NCBI GenBank assembly: GCA_018334055.1
Contig: JAGXSS010000107.1
Span: 42,211 to 106,210, forward strand
Direction of reading: 5' to 3'
From: Peptococcaceae bacterium
GTDB lineage: Bacteria; Bacillota; UBA994
Length of the DNA stretch: 64,000 nt
Position numbers and translations under genes: made by a program
The notes under the pieces: generated by a model
Seen by the model: only the letters and a program-made list of their open reading frames with translations
Database searches by the model: none
What the model was told of the DNA's origin: nothing
Part shown: in pieces, positions 8,557-17,941 of the stretch
Layout: each line of letters starts with the position of its first letter
How positions within the stretch are numbered: position 1 is the stretch's first letter

Positions 8557-10620
8557 CTACGATTTTTGATCTTTGAGCAAGTCTCCGAATTTATCCCCCA
8601 AGGTTACCTTGCTTTCTTCGCGGTAACTCTGGTTGCGATCGTCACGCCCACGTTTCTCGCCACGGTCACGCCGCTCACCCTTGTCCGGGCGTTCTGTGCG
8701 CTCCGTGCGCGGACGATCAACCGCCTCTTTTATGGAAAGGCTGACTCGATGTTCTGCGGGAACAATCGAAAGAATCTTCACGGTGACCTCATCACCAGGC
8801 TTGACGGCGTCCTCGGTCCTTTCAACCCGCTCGTGAGAGAGTTGAGAAATATGCACTAGCCCCTCAATACCGGGGGCAATTTCGACAAAGGCCCCGAAAC
8901 TTGCCGTACGCACAATCTTACCTGGAACTACCGAGCCCGGTGTGAACTTCTCGGTAAGCTTGTTCCATGGATCGCCCTCGCCCTGCTTGATACTGAGTGA
9001 GACTCTACCTTTTTCGCGGTCCACCCCAAGAACCTTGACCCGCACGGCCTGACCCTCAGTGAGAGCCTCCGACGGATGATTAACTCTCTGCCAGGCAATC
9101 TCGGAGACATGGACTAAACCGTCAATCCCCCCAAGGTCCACAAAGGCACCGAAATCGGTGAGTCTTTGGACTGTACCATCGCGCAGACTACCAACGACCA
9201 AGGAGTCCCAAGTCTTTGACTTAATTTCCTCAGTCTTCTTCTCTAAAGCCTCCTTGCGCGAGACAACCACCCGACGTCGAGCCTCTTCGATTTCTTTAAC
9301 CACTATAGAGATGGTCTGACCAACATACGAGGCCAGGTCAGGAACATAGCGTAGGTCAACATGGGAGGCTGGCATAAAAGTCTTGACACCGAGCACCTCG
9401 ACCATGACGCCACCCTTGACAGCCTCTAAGATCTTCCCTTGCAAGATGCGGCCTGTATCGCGGGCCGTAGCTAAGTCCTTCATGCCCTGCTCCTCCAGCG
9501 CCCGACGCCGCGAAAGCAAAACCTTATCTTCCTTCGAGTCGATGCGGAGCACAACGGCCACTACGGTTTCGCCGACCTGGCAAACATCAAGAGGGCTGCG
9601 CTCGGGGTCATTGCTGAGTTCATTTTTTGCTATGTAAGCTTCCGACTTGTGACCGATATCTACACCAACACCCTCGGCATCAACGCTAACCACCTTGCCC
9701 TCGACTACCTGACCGCGCTTAAGATTCGGGACAGTGATTGTCTCTTGTTGGGGATCTTCCCCAACAACTGTCTCTTGCTCACCTAGCGCTTTGTTCTCCA
9801 TGTTCTCCATCGCAACGACGACCTCCTTAATGTTCCATTCAGGGGTGGAGGCACCCGCGGCCACTCCGACAAGTTCAATACCAATGAACCAATCGCTCTG
9901 TAGCTCCAGGGCTCCCTCTACCTGATAAGTGGGTGTGCCCACCGACCGGCATATGTCAGCTAGATTTCTGGTATTAGCACTATTATTCCCGCCCACAACT
10001 ACCATTATATCCGCTTCTCTGGCCAATTCATAGGTGGCTTGCTGTCTTTCTTGCGTTGCCCGACAAATAGTTTCTATCGGCTTCACCTTTCGACCTTGTG
10101 CCTGCAAACATTCTACCACAGTCTGCCACAGAATAGGAGAGGTAGTTGTTTGTGCCAGGACGGCAACCTCAGCTTTTATGGGAATTACATCCAAATCAGC
10201 TGGGGTCTGCACCACAAAGGGGATGCCGCCTGCGTGGGCCAGTACGGCCTCAATCTCGGGGTGATGCCTATCCCCCACTATAACTACATCCATACCTGCT
10301 GCAATTGCGTGACGTGTCTCCTTCTGTAAGCGCAAGACGTGGGGGCAGGTAGCATCGATGATTTTTACACCTTTCTCAATGGCTGCTTGATAAACATTCG
10401 GCGCAGCGCCATGAGAACGAATGAGCAGGGTGGCTCCCTTCTCTATCTCCGACAAAGAAATTTGCCTAAGCCCGGCTTGCTCTAATCTCTGCACTACTCC
10501 GGGGTTATGGACGACGGGACCCAAGGAAAACCCATGTTCGCGCGCCACTTTTTCGGCCTGCACAATGGCGCGCCGTACACCAGCGCACATACCTGTTGGT
10601 TCCACGACGATGACTTTCAT
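8557..10620 (-). CDS. ispH-rpsA: Bifunctional 4-hydroxy-3-methylbut-2-enyl diphosphate reductase (IspH/LytB) fused to ribosomal protein S1 (four S1 domains)
   Basis: The N-terminal ~280 aa are IspH (MKVIVVEPTGMCAGVRRA..., Cys ligands). S1 repeats follow (GQVVEGKVVSVDAEGVGVDIG..., GAFVDLGGIDGLVHVSEIA..., GAFVEIAPGIEGLVHISQLS). The tail is highly charged (RPRTERTERPDKGERRDRGEKRGRDDR). The start forms an ATGA overlap with plsC. Confidence 0.9.
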   Translation of the reverse strand: MKVIVVEPTGMCAGVRRAIVQAEKVAREHGFSLGPVVHNPGVVQRLEQAGLRQISLSEIEKGATLLIRSHGAAPNVYQAAIEKGVKIIDATCPHVLRLQKETRHAIAAGMDVVIVGDRHHPEIEAVLAHAGGIPFVVQTPADLDVIPIKAEVAVLAQTTTSPILWQTVVECLQAQGRKVKPIETICRATQERQQATYELAREADIMVVVGGNNSANTRNLADICRSVGTPTYQVEGALELQSDWFIGIELVGVAAGASTPEWNIKEVVVAMENMENKALGEQETVVGEDPQQETITVPNLKRGQVVEGKVVSVDAEGVGVDIGHKSEAYIAKNELSNDPERSPLDVCQVGETVVAVVLRIDSKEDKVLLSRRRALEEQGMKDLATARDTGRILQGKILEAVKGGVMVEVLGVKTFMPASHVDLRYVPDLASYVGQTISIVVKEIEEARRRVVVSRKEALEKKTEEIKSKTWDSLVVGSLRDGTVQRLTDFGAFVDLGGIDGLVHVSEIAWQRVNHPSEALTEGQAVRVKVLGVDREKGRVSLSIKQGEGDPWNKLTEKFTPGSVVPGKIVRTASFGAFVEIAPGIEGLVHISQLSHERVERTEDAVKPGDEVTVKILSIVPAEHRVSLSIKEAVDRPRTERTERPDKGERRDRGEKRGRDDRNQSYREESKVTLGDKFGDLLKDQKS

Positions 10621-11195
10621 TGCAAAGAGTCCCTGAGTTTCTTGATATGAGACATGAGGTTCTCAGCGGCCAGTGCTCTACTATATGGCTCAGGAGAGAG
10701 GGATGACAGTTCCACGGCCTCGCCAATGACAACCCTTACCCTTTTCCCCAAACGATATTCACCCCAGATAGCTGCAGGAACTATGGGCACTTTAGTCCTC
10801 TCAGCTAGTAGGATGACGCCATTGGTCGGGGCTGACATTTCGAGTGTCTTACTCCGCGTGCCCTCGGGGAAGATACCCAGCACCTCACCACCGCTCAGAA
10901 TAGTTAGGCTACGCTTTATTGCCTGTATGTCCGCACTACCACGCTTGACCGGAAAGGCCCCAGCTTTCTTCGCTAGGAAGCCAAGAAATGGCCAAGAAAA
11001 AATCTCCGCTTTCGCCATAAAGCGAATAGGTCGCTCTACCGCCAGGGCAATCAACACAGGGTCAAAAAGGTGGATATGATTGGCGCATACAATGACACCG
11101 CCGGCAGCGGGCACCCGGCCACGGCCAACTACTTCCACCCGGAACAGAAGCCGCACTATCCAACCCGCCAGGAATCTTATTATTTTATATGGCAT
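10617..11195 (-). CDS. plsC: 1-acyl-sn-glycerol-3-phosphate acyltransferase
   Basis: It has the NHxxxxD motif (CANHIHLFDPV) and the FPEGTRS motif, and is 192 aa long. Confidence 0.85.
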   Translation of the reverse strand: MPYKIIRFLAGWIVRLLFRVEVVGRGRVPAAGGVIVCANHIHLFDPVLIALAVERPIRFMAKAEIFSWPFLGFLAKKAGAFPVKRGSADIQAIKRSLTILSGGEVLGIFPEGTRSKTLEMSAPTNGVILLAERTKVPIVPAAIWGEYRLGKRVRVVIGEAVELSSLSPEPYSRALAAENLMSHIKKLRDSLQ

Positions 11196-12225
11196 CTTTC
11201 TTCCTCGCTATGATATCCAAAATATGGCTAATCACCATTTCCACCTCTAAGTTAGTAGTGTCGACAATAACCGCATCGCTGGCTGGGCGGAGTGGCGAGA
11301 CCGCACGATGGCTATCGAAGTAGTCTCTCTGCTCAATTTGCAGAACAACTGCCTCGAGATCGACATCATGTCCTAAGGCGCGTAGCTCCACAAGGCGCCG
11401 CCGGGCTCGTTCTCGAGGATCAGCAACAAGAAAAATCTTCACGGGGGCATCTTTGAGTACGGTTGTACCAATATCTCGTCCATCCATGACTATCCCTCCG
11501 CGCAGCGCTAGCTTCCGTTGCTTTTCGACAATAACTTCGCGCAGTTCTTCATAGCTCGAAACTAACGAGACGGAGACATTAACCAGAGGGGTACGAATCT
11601 CATTTCCTAACACTCTTCCGTCAAGGGTCAGCTGCGAATCGGCATTGAGGTCGAAAATCATTTCCCTTGCTAAGCGACTCAAGATTGCCGCATCCTGCAG
11701 GTCCACTCCTTGCGAAAGTGCCAACCAAGTCACGGCTCGATACATGGCTCCAGTGTCCAAGTAACGAAGTCCCATCCGGAGAGCTATGCCCTTGGCGACC
11801 GTACTTTTACCGGCACCAGCGGGGCCGTCAATGGCTACATTTAGCATGCCGAAGGTCTGTACCCCCACTAGGTCTGGTCGCAGTCCTACGGCGCCCCGCA
11901 AATAGATATGTTTCACACTGTCACGGTGTCGACCGTTGTCAACAAAAACCACAACCCGCACACACAGTCTCGGTGCACCGACAACTTCAATTTCCTGAGC
12001 CCCCAAAAGTGGAACTGCAGAGAGACCAATTGCACGCGCTGCCTCTGCCGGGAATGCAGCGTTGATATCTGGGGTTGCAGTAAAGATTATGTTGACAATT
12101 TCACTCTCGCGCACAGCATTCTCTTTCATTATCAGGGCGAGCATCTCAGTTGTCGCCTCTAAAATGTGAGCCCGTGTATTCTGTTCGCAGGTCGTTGCTC
12201 CCCTTATAGCAATAATTATATTCAC
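11185..12225 (-). CDS. aroH-cmk: Fusion protein: AroH-type chorismate mutase (N-terminal ~120 aa) plus cytidylate kinase Cmk (C-terminal ~225 aa)
   Basis: The N-terminus NIIIAIRGATTCEQNT...ATPDINAAFPAEAARAIG...RVVVFVDNG...VGLRPDL matches AroH (IRGIRGATT...LRPDL). The continuous frame then runs into MLNVAIDGPAGAGKSTVAKGIALRMGLRYLDTGAMYRAVT, the canonical Cmk N-terminus with a P-loop. The start is GTG. Confidence 0.8.
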   Translation of the reverse strand: MNIIIAIRGATTCEQNTRAHILEATTEMLALIMKENAVRESEIVNIIFTATPDINAAFPAEAARAIGLSAVPLLGAQEIEVVGAPRLCVRVVVFVDNGRHRDSVKHIYLRGAVGLRPDLVGVQTFGMLNVAIDGPAGAGKSTVAKGIALRMGLRYLDTGAMYRAVTWLALSQGVDLQDAAILSRLAREMIFDLNADSQLTLDGRVLGNEIRTPLVNVSVSLVSSYEELREVIVEKQRKLALRGGIVMDGRDIGTTVLKDAPVKIFLVADPRERARRRLVELRALGHDVDLEAVVLQIEQRDYFDSHRAVSPLRPASDAVIVDTTNLEVEMVISHILDIIARKKDAI

Positions 12226-12270
12226 CCACTTCGCTAGAATGTTGCATTTGTGAAAATACCCTTATTCTTG

Positions 12271-13500
12271 TTAGTTCTCCATGGAGGCAATTTGTCCTGC
12301 CAATGCCCCTGTGCTCCAGGCGATTTGCAGGTTGAAACCGCCAGTATACCCATCAACATCGAGCATTTCTCCGGCAAAAAAGAGGCCTCGAACTAACTTT
12401 GACTCCATAGTGCGGGGATCTACTTCAGCTGTGCTCACCCCGCCCCCGGTGACAATAGCTTCGTCTATCGGTCGAGTGCGGGTGACTGTTAGCGAGATAT
12501 TCTTCAGGAGAAAACTCAATTGTTCACGTTCAAGCCGGGTTACTTGGTTCACCGGTCGTTCATGTGGGATTCTAGAAAGTCTGGCCACGACGGGAATCAA
12601 AGAAGCAGGCAATAAATCACCTAGACTATTACCGAAGTATTTTTTCCCATGCAGCGCAAAATCTCGCTGTAATCGCAACTGCAACGCATCCTGGGACAGT
12701 GCAGGCTTAAGGTCAAGAAGCAAGGGGACATGACCGGACGCCAGCTTCCCCCTCAGGCGACTGCTGAGGGACAAAACAATCGGTCCACTTATCCCAAAGT
12801 GAGTGAACAACATTTCACCAAATTCTTGCCCAAAAGGAGCTGTAAGCTGCACATTTTTTAAACTGAGCCCCTGAACCTCTCGCACCCATGGTTCAGCAAC
12901 CTCTAAAGGAACCAGAGCAGGACTAATTGGCACAATGCTGTGCCCAAGGGCCTTAGCCATAATGTACCCATCTCCGGAAGAGCCGGTGCGTGGATATGAG
13001 GCCCCACCGGTCGCCAATATGACCTTATCGGCCGTTAAAGCACCTCTTCCACCAGTGCATTCAAGCGAAAACTGACCGTTGTCCATTTTATACATATTGC
13101 TCACTCGCGAATCTAAGCACACACGCACTTTGAGACGATATAACTCGCCAGACAACTGCTGAATAACCTGTAGCGCCGAGTCGCTAACGGGGAAGACCCT
13201 GTTCCCTCTCTCAACGGCAAGCTGCACTCCAATACCTTCAAAAAAGGACATTGTTGCTGGGCTGTCTAGATAGTTGAATGCGCTATACAAAAAACGGCCG
13301 TTGGTGGGCACATTGGACACCAGCTCCTTCGCTGAGCAGGCATTTGTAATGTTGCAACGGCCCTTCCCAGTGATAGCTAATTTTACTCCCGCTCGATGGT
13401 TTCGCTCTATCACAGTCACCGCTGCTCCTCCGCGAGCAGCGAAGATTGCTGCCATCATACCGGCTGCACCGCACCCAACTACCACCACCTGCCTAGGCAT
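12271..13500 (-). CDS. NAD(P)/FAD-dependent oxidoreductase, HI0933/YhiN (BaiN-like) flavoprotein family
   Basis: MPRQVVVVGCGAAGMMAAIFAARGG is an FAD-binding GxGxxG N-terminus. I moved the start to the ATG at 13500. The track start at 13542 lies 50 nt inside rluB. Confidence 0.75.
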   Translation of the reverse strand: MPRQVVVVGCGAAGMMAAIFAARGGAAVTVIERNHRAGVKLAITGKGRCNITNACSAKELVSNVPTNGRFLYSAFNYLDSPATMSFFEGIGVQLAVERGNRVFPVSDSALQVIQQLSGELYRLKVRVCLDSRVSNMYKMDNGQFSLECTGGRGALTADKVILATGGASYPRTGSSGDGYIMAKALGHSIVPISPALVPLEVAEPWVREVQGLSLKNVQLTAPFGQEFGEMLFTHFGISGPIVLSLSSRLRGKLASGHVPLLLDLKPALSQDALQLRLQRDFALHGKKYFGNSLGDLLPASLIPVVARLSRIPHERPVNQVTRLEREQLSFLLKNISLTVTRTRPIDEAIVTGGGVSTAEVDPRTMESKLVRGLFFAGEMLDVDGYTGGFNLQIAWSTGALAGQIASMEN

Positions 13501-14221
13501 GCCGAACGGTGCCAACAAACTTGTAGAGTTCGTCCACTTCACTAGGCGAGAGATGACGATGCGCTCCCAGTGGTAAATCAGCGAGCGTCAGCGGGCCGAT
13601 AGACAATCGCTTGAGAAAGATAACGCTTAGGCCCACCGCCATACACATGCGTCGAATTTGCCTATTGCGCCCTTCATAAATTGTCAATAAGAAAGATGTG
13701 GCTGATGGGCAATAGCTTACTGAATCTACTCTCGCTGGGGCAGTAGGACCATCAGGTAAGTCCACACCTCCCTGAAGCAAAGCAATGGTTTCTTGGGTGA
13801 GGAATCCAGAGACCTCGACATAGTAGGTCTTGGCGATTTGCTGTGAAGGGTGCAAGAGTTTATTGCACAAATCGCCGTCATTAGTTAAGAGTAACAGTCC
13901 TTCGGTATCCTTGTCTAACCTGCCGACAGGATACAGTCTCACCTTGAGGTCAGGAAGCAGGTCAAGTACGGTCTTTCTATCATGGGTATCTTTAACCGTT
14001 GTCACATAGTCGCGCGGCTTATGCACCAAAATATAGGCTTTTTTCTCAGGCGAGCTGAGGGGGCTGCCATCTACGCTAACCGTATCCCCTGCCCCTACTT
14101 TCGCCCCAATGCCCGCAACGTGGCCATTAATCTGTACCCTGCCGGCCAGCACGAGCTGCTCAGCGGCGCGACGTGACGCCACACCATGTTGCGCCAATAC
14201 TTTGTGAATCCGGCTCATCAT
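13493..14221 (-). CDS. rluB: 23S rRNA pseudouridine synthase (RluB/RsuA family) with N-terminal S4 domain
   Basis: It has an S4 domain (HKVLAQHGVASRRAAEQLVLAGRVQING) and the catalytic YPVGRLDKDTEGLLLLTNDG. The ATG at 14221 forms an ATGA overlap with the dapB stop. Confidence 0.85.
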   Translation of the reverse strand: MMSRIHKVLAQHGVASRRAAEQLVLAGRVQINGHVAGIGAKVGAGDTVSVDGSPLSSPEKKAYILVHKPRDYVTTVKDTHDRKTVLDLLPDLKVRLYPVGRLDKDTEGLLLLTNDGDLCNKLLHPSQQIAKTYYVEVSGFLTQETIALLQGGVDLPDGPTAPARVDSVSYCPSATSFLLTIYEGRNRQIRRMCMAVGLSVIFLKRLSIGPLTLADLPLGAHRHLSPSEVDELYKFVGTVRHA

Positions 14222-14937
14222 AAAGCGAGGTCCAGTACTTGCCACATGTCAAATAGTCCTTTCTGTTGCTTCATTACAAAACGCACCGCCAGTAGCGCCC
14301 CCAGGGCAAACGCCTCCCTTGTTTCGGCCTGATGAGTGAGAACGAGGCGCTCTCCGTGGCCGGCAACATGCACCTGGTGCTCACCAACCACCTCCCCTAT
14401 GCGCAGACTATGGCAAGGAACGGGTCGTCCGATCAAGTCCACTATACGCTTAGCCGTACCACTTGGGGAGTCCTTCTTGTGTTGATGGTGAATCTCGACC
14501 ACCTCAATACCGTATTCCGGTCCGAAATGTCGACTAAGAGTGCTCACGGCATGAAAAAAGACATTTACGCCACGCGCCATGTTTGGGGAGTGCACGATGG
14601 GAATATGCCTAGATCTCTCGCGCAACACACTCAATTGCTCCGGAGATAATCCAGTTGTTCCGGAAACCAGTCTGCAACCAGAGTTTTGCGCTAACAGAGA
14701 GGTTTGCAGACATGTTTCGGGGGATGTGAAGTCGATGACGACGTCAACCGAGCCTAAATCTAATTCTTCAAGCCTCTTGATTTGTGGCCGCAGAGAACTC
14801 TCTAGGGGTTGTCCACAAAGAGGATGATTAGCCTGCTCAGCAGCTGCGACTACCACCATATCTTTAGTCTGATCGATCAACTTGGCGATAAGTGAGCCCA
14901 TGCGCCCACCTATACCTACAATGGCTACTCTAATCAA
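14218..14937 (-). CDS. dapB: 4-hydroxy-tetrahydrodipicolinate reductase
   Basis: IRVAIVGIGGRMG is a Rossmann N-terminus and the 239-aa length fits. The TTG start is preceded by AGAAGG. Confidence 0.8.
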   Translation of the reverse strand: MIRVAIVGIGGRMGSLIAKLIDQTKDMVVVAAAEQANHPLCGQPLESSLRPQIKRLEELDLGSVDVVIDFTSPETCLQTSLLAQNSGCRLVSGTTGLSPEQLSVLRERSRHIPIVHSPNMARGVNVFFHAVSTLSRHFGPEYGIEVVEIHHQHKKDSPSGTAKRIVDLIGRPVPCHSLRIGEVVGEHQVHVAGHGERLVLTHQAETREAFALGALLAVRFVMKQQKGLFDMWQVLDLAL

Positions 14938-15054
14938 CTGCCCACCAACCTTCTTTGTCGCGTTTCATGCTAAGTTCAGTTTAACCCCAAGTTACGCGAA
15001 ACATCAATTTTGGGCAAATGCCCGCAGGGCATTGGGAGTTTACTGCCCTTTTCT

Positions 15055-15086
15055 TCTCTAAAAAGCCCCCCGGCTAGGAGGGGCTC
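15055..15086 (-). terminator. Rho-independent terminator downstream of ridA
   Basis: The minus strand reads GAGCCCCTCCTAGCCGGGGGGCTTTTTAGAG. Confidence 0.6.
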
Positions 15087-15089
15087 GGG

Positions 15090-15548
15090 TTATTCAACTT
15101 CCACGATCATCTCCACCTCTACAGCGGCACCTAGTGGGAGTCCCGAAACTCCGACCGCTGCCCTTGCGTGCACTCCCCTCTCGCCAAACACAGACTGCAA
15201 GAGTTCCGATGCCCCATTAATCACCTTTGGCTGGTCGCCAAAGGTGGGCAGACTAGAGACAAAACCTGTCACTTTGACAATGCGCTTGACTTTGTCGAGA
15301 TTAGGCTCTATGGTTTTTATCGCCGCGATACAGTTGATTGCACAAATTCGTGCGGCCTCATAGGCAGAACCTAGGTCTATCTCCTGCCCGACAATGCCCC
15401 TAAACTGTAACTCACCCTTAACCAAGGGGAGCTGACCGGAGACAAAGATCAGGTTTCCGGACCGCACAGCAGGCACATACGCAGCTACAGGTTTCGCCGC
15501 TTCAGGAATAACAAGTCCAAGATCGTGTAGTCGGGCGTCAACAGACAT
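15090..15548 (-). CDS. ridA: RidA/YjgF-family reactive-intermediate (enamine/imine) deaminase
   Basis: The 152-aa product contains VSGQLP and a conserved C-terminal region ARAAVGVSGLPLGAAVEVEMIVEV. The SD is strong (GCAAGGGGG). Confidence 0.8.
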   Translation of the reverse strand: MSVDARLHDLGLVIPEAAKPVAAYVPAVRSGNLIFVSGQLPLVKGELQFRGIVGQEIDLGSAYEAARICAINCIAAIKTIEPNLDKVKRIVKVTGFVSSLPTFGDQPKVINGASELLQSVFGERGVHARAAVGVSGLPLGAAVEVEMIVEVE

Positions 15549-15616
15549 GAAATAACCCCCTTGCTTTCATCTAAGCTAATTTTGACATAAGCAAGATACA
15601 AAAGCAATTGCCTGTT

Positions 15617-16120
15617 TCAATTATAGAGATGATGCGTGAGGAGGAGCGCCGCTCCCACGGTAACTAGGTCAGATAAGAGACCAACCAATAGACTGTGCCT
15701 AATTTTTTTCACGCCTATAGCCCCAAAGTACACGGTTATAACATATAGCGTGGTGTCACTGCTGCCTTGGATGGCGGATGCCACCATCCCCACGAAGGAG
15801 TCTGGACCATAGGTCGAGAGAATTCCCTGCGCCACCACCAGAGAACCGCTACCGGTGAGTGGGCGCAAAATGGCTAAAGGAACGACCTCCTTGGGCATGC
15901 CCACATGTTCGGCCAAAACACCCATGCTCTGTTCAATAAGTCGCAACAGACCTGATGCTTGCAAAAGATTTACGGCAATAATCATCGCGAGGATATAGGG
16001 GAAGAGACGAACAACAGTAGATATCCCCTGCCTAGCCCCTTCGATGAACTCTTCAAAGACCTGCACCCGCCTGAGCAGTCCCGCCCCCACTATAACCATA
16101 CAAACAATGAGGATTATCAC
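15617..16120 (-). CDS. spmB: Spore maturation protein B
   Basis: The 167-aa product is membrane/nucleoside-transporter-like. It is the last gene of dacB-spmA-spmB. The GTG start overlaps the spmA stop. Confidence 0.75.
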   Translation of the reverse strand: MIILIVCMVIVGAGLLRRVQVFEEFIEGARQGISTVVRLFPYILAMIIAVNLLQASGLLRLIEQSMGVLAEHVGMPKEVVPLAILRPLTGSGSLVVAQGILSTYGPDSFVGMVASAIQGSSDTTLYVITVYFGAIGVKKIRHSLLVGLLSDLVTVGAALLLTHHLYN

Positions 16121-16701
16121 GGCCTGAAATACCTGCGAAGTGCCCGGTCAGCGATCAAGCCGACAACCAAACCGGCAAGGCTAGCCAACAAAGTCACCCC
16201 GATGATGGCCATTGGGTTTTCACTTCCAGCGGCTAACCGAATGCCCACCAAAGTAGCTGGGAATAGTGTGACCCCGGTCGTATTGAGCACTATCAGAGTA
16301 CACATGGCATCGGTCGCGGTGTCCTTACGGAGGCTACCGGCTTGCATCACTCGCATTGCCTCAAGACCCAACGGTGTGGCGGCATTGCCTAAACCAAAAA
16401 GCGTAGCACAGACATTCGACACAATTAGCGAGAGAATAGGCTCATTGCTTCTTAGTGAAGGGAACAGTATGACAAAAATCGGCCGGAAAACTCGCGCCAA
16501 AGCCTTGATCAGCCCGGCTTTCTCAGCTATACGATTTATCCCCGACCAAAAAGCGACCGTTCCTGCTAGGCCCAGTGTCAGGGCAATCGCCTGCTCTCCA
16601 CTTCTAGCCAAGGAATTGGCTACCCCCTCTGCGTCTTTGCCCCCAACGAGGACATAGCCGATGCAAAGAATTACGGTTACTCCCCAGATTGCATTCATCA
16701 T
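16117..16701 (-). CDS. spmA: Spore maturation protein A
   Basis: MMNAIWGVTVILCIGYVL is the SpmA-type N-terminus. The start forms an ATGA overlap with the dacB stop. Confidence 0.75.
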   Translation of the reverse strand: MMNAIWGVTVILCIGYVLVGGKDAEGVANSLARSGEQAIALTLGLAGTVAFWSGINRIAEKAGLIKALARVFRPIFVILFPSLRSNEPILSLIVSNVCATLFGLGNAATPLGLEAMRVMQAGSLRKDTATDAMCTLIVLNTTGVTLFPATLVGIRLAAGSENPMAIIGVTLLASLAGLVVGLIADRALRRYFRP

Positions 16702-17840
16702 GTAATGTGCACCAAGGGCCAAAGGACAAACTTAGCGTAACTTACTATGTGACGAGCCAAAAACCGCAACCAAGAGCGTTCGCGTGATGCCTGGTCACTC
16801 AGGAGCGGCACACGGCCCACAATTTCGCCGTTAAACTCGATCAACAGCTCTCCTATTTTTTGGAGGGCGAATAGCGGAGGTCGGACACTTGTTGGGAGCT
16901 CCACAGTCATAAGAGGAGCGCTCTCCTCACTTTTCGCCTGCACCCACCAGTAATCATGTGCTGCCACCACTCCGATGTAAGCAGGCTGACCACCTACGAC
17001 GGCAACATAACCTTTGAACAAGCCGCGCTGCACCATCAAATGCGGGCGAAAATTGGCAAACCCCCACTGCAAGAGAGCAAGGGTCTCCCCGTAGTGGTCT
17101 GGCGAATTCAGTACAATGCAAAGCAGTTGCCAGCCAGAATATGTGGCCGAAGAAGCCAGACAGTGCCCTGCTGCCCTAGTCCAACCAGTCTTAATGCCAT
17201 CTGCGCCAGCCTTGATTTGGAGCAAACGATTTTTGTTATGCCAGATGCGCGGAGCCTCGATTGCGTCCTGCCTTACCGCAAAACGCTCTGTCCGCACTAC
17301 GACACGGAGGAAGGGGTCCTTAAGCACCGCTCGCGCAATTAAAGCTAAGTCATAGGCAGAGGAGAAATGGTCAGGGTGGTGTAGTCCATGGGGATTGACG
17401 AAATTTGTGTTCATGGCGCCCAGATTCTGGGCCCGATTATTCATCTGCACACTGAAGTCCGGAAGACTACCCGCAAGGAAGTAGGCAATCGTCTGGGCGG
17501 CGTCATTACCAGATCGTAGCATGAGACCATAGACTAAGCTACGCAAGGTAATCATTTCACCGGGGATAAGCCAGATGTTACTCGCCTCAACTGCTATCCA
17601 TTCCGGTCTTATCGTGATAATTTCGTCTAAGCGCCCACTTTCAGCGGCCAGTAAGGCGGTCATCTTCTTAGTTAGGCTGGCCATGGGTCTCCTCTGGTGA
17701 ATGTTGTTACCATAGAGGACTCTGCCACTTTCAACATCCATGACTATGGCGGCGGAAGCATCTATGCTGAGGGCAGCAGAGTTCGCCAACGGACCAAAAA
17801 AAATCAGCACGATTGCCATGAGGAGAGCCTTTATCCGCAA
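16698..17840 (-). CDS. dacB: D-alanyl-D-alanine carboxypeptidase (S11, PBP5*-type; sporulation-specific DacB)
   Basis: It has the SxxK motif (ASLTKKMT), SGND and KTG motifs, and a signal anchor. I moved the start to the TTG at 17840, which has a perfect AAGGAGGTG SD. The track start at 17903 is a GTG without an SD. Confidence 0.8.
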   Translation of the reverse strand: MRIKALLMAIVLIFFGPLANSAALSIDASAAIVMDVESGRVLYGNNIHQRRPMASLTKKMTALLAAESGRLDEIITIRPEWIAVEASNIWLIPGEMITLRSLVYGLMLRSGNDAAQTIAYFLAGSLPDFSVQMNNRAQNLGAMNTNFVNPHGLHHPDHFSSAYDLALIARAVLKDPFLRVVVRTERFAVRQDAIEAPRIWHNKNRLLQIKAGADGIKTGWTRAAGHCLASSATYSGWQLLCIVLNSPDHYGETLALLQWGFANFRPHLMVQRGLFKGYVAVVGGQPAYIGVVAAHDYWWVQAKSEESAPLMTVELPTSVRPPLFALQKIGELLIEFNGEIVGRVPLLSDQASRERSWLRFLARHIVSYAKFVLWPLVHIT

Positions 17841-17941
17841 ATAGGTGCACCTCCTTAGCTTCCATAAAGTATATGGAGCGCGGGAAACACCTAGCACATG
17901 CACAAAAGAGGCTCAAGGCCTCTTTCTAGAAAACTTGCTAT

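Noticed and set aside
15959-16657. 232-aa plus-strand ORF. Similar long plus-strand ORFs occur at 52752..53588 (278 aa), 46188..46727 (179 aa) and 22559..23020 (153 aa).
   Set aside because: They lie entirely antisense to well-supported minus-strand genes (spmA/spmB, xseA, recN, the DHH-CBS-polyA-polymerase gene). Their composition is low-complexity and Arg/Ser/Pro-rich, as is typical of antisense frames in GC-rich DNA. They have no SD and no recognisable family.
17731-17916. 61-aa ORF and the longer N-terminal extension of the dacB ORF (track start 17903)
   Set aside because: A TTG at 17840 with a perfect AAGGAGGTG SD gives a canonical signal-peptide N-terminus. The upstream extension has no SD and starts at a GTG.
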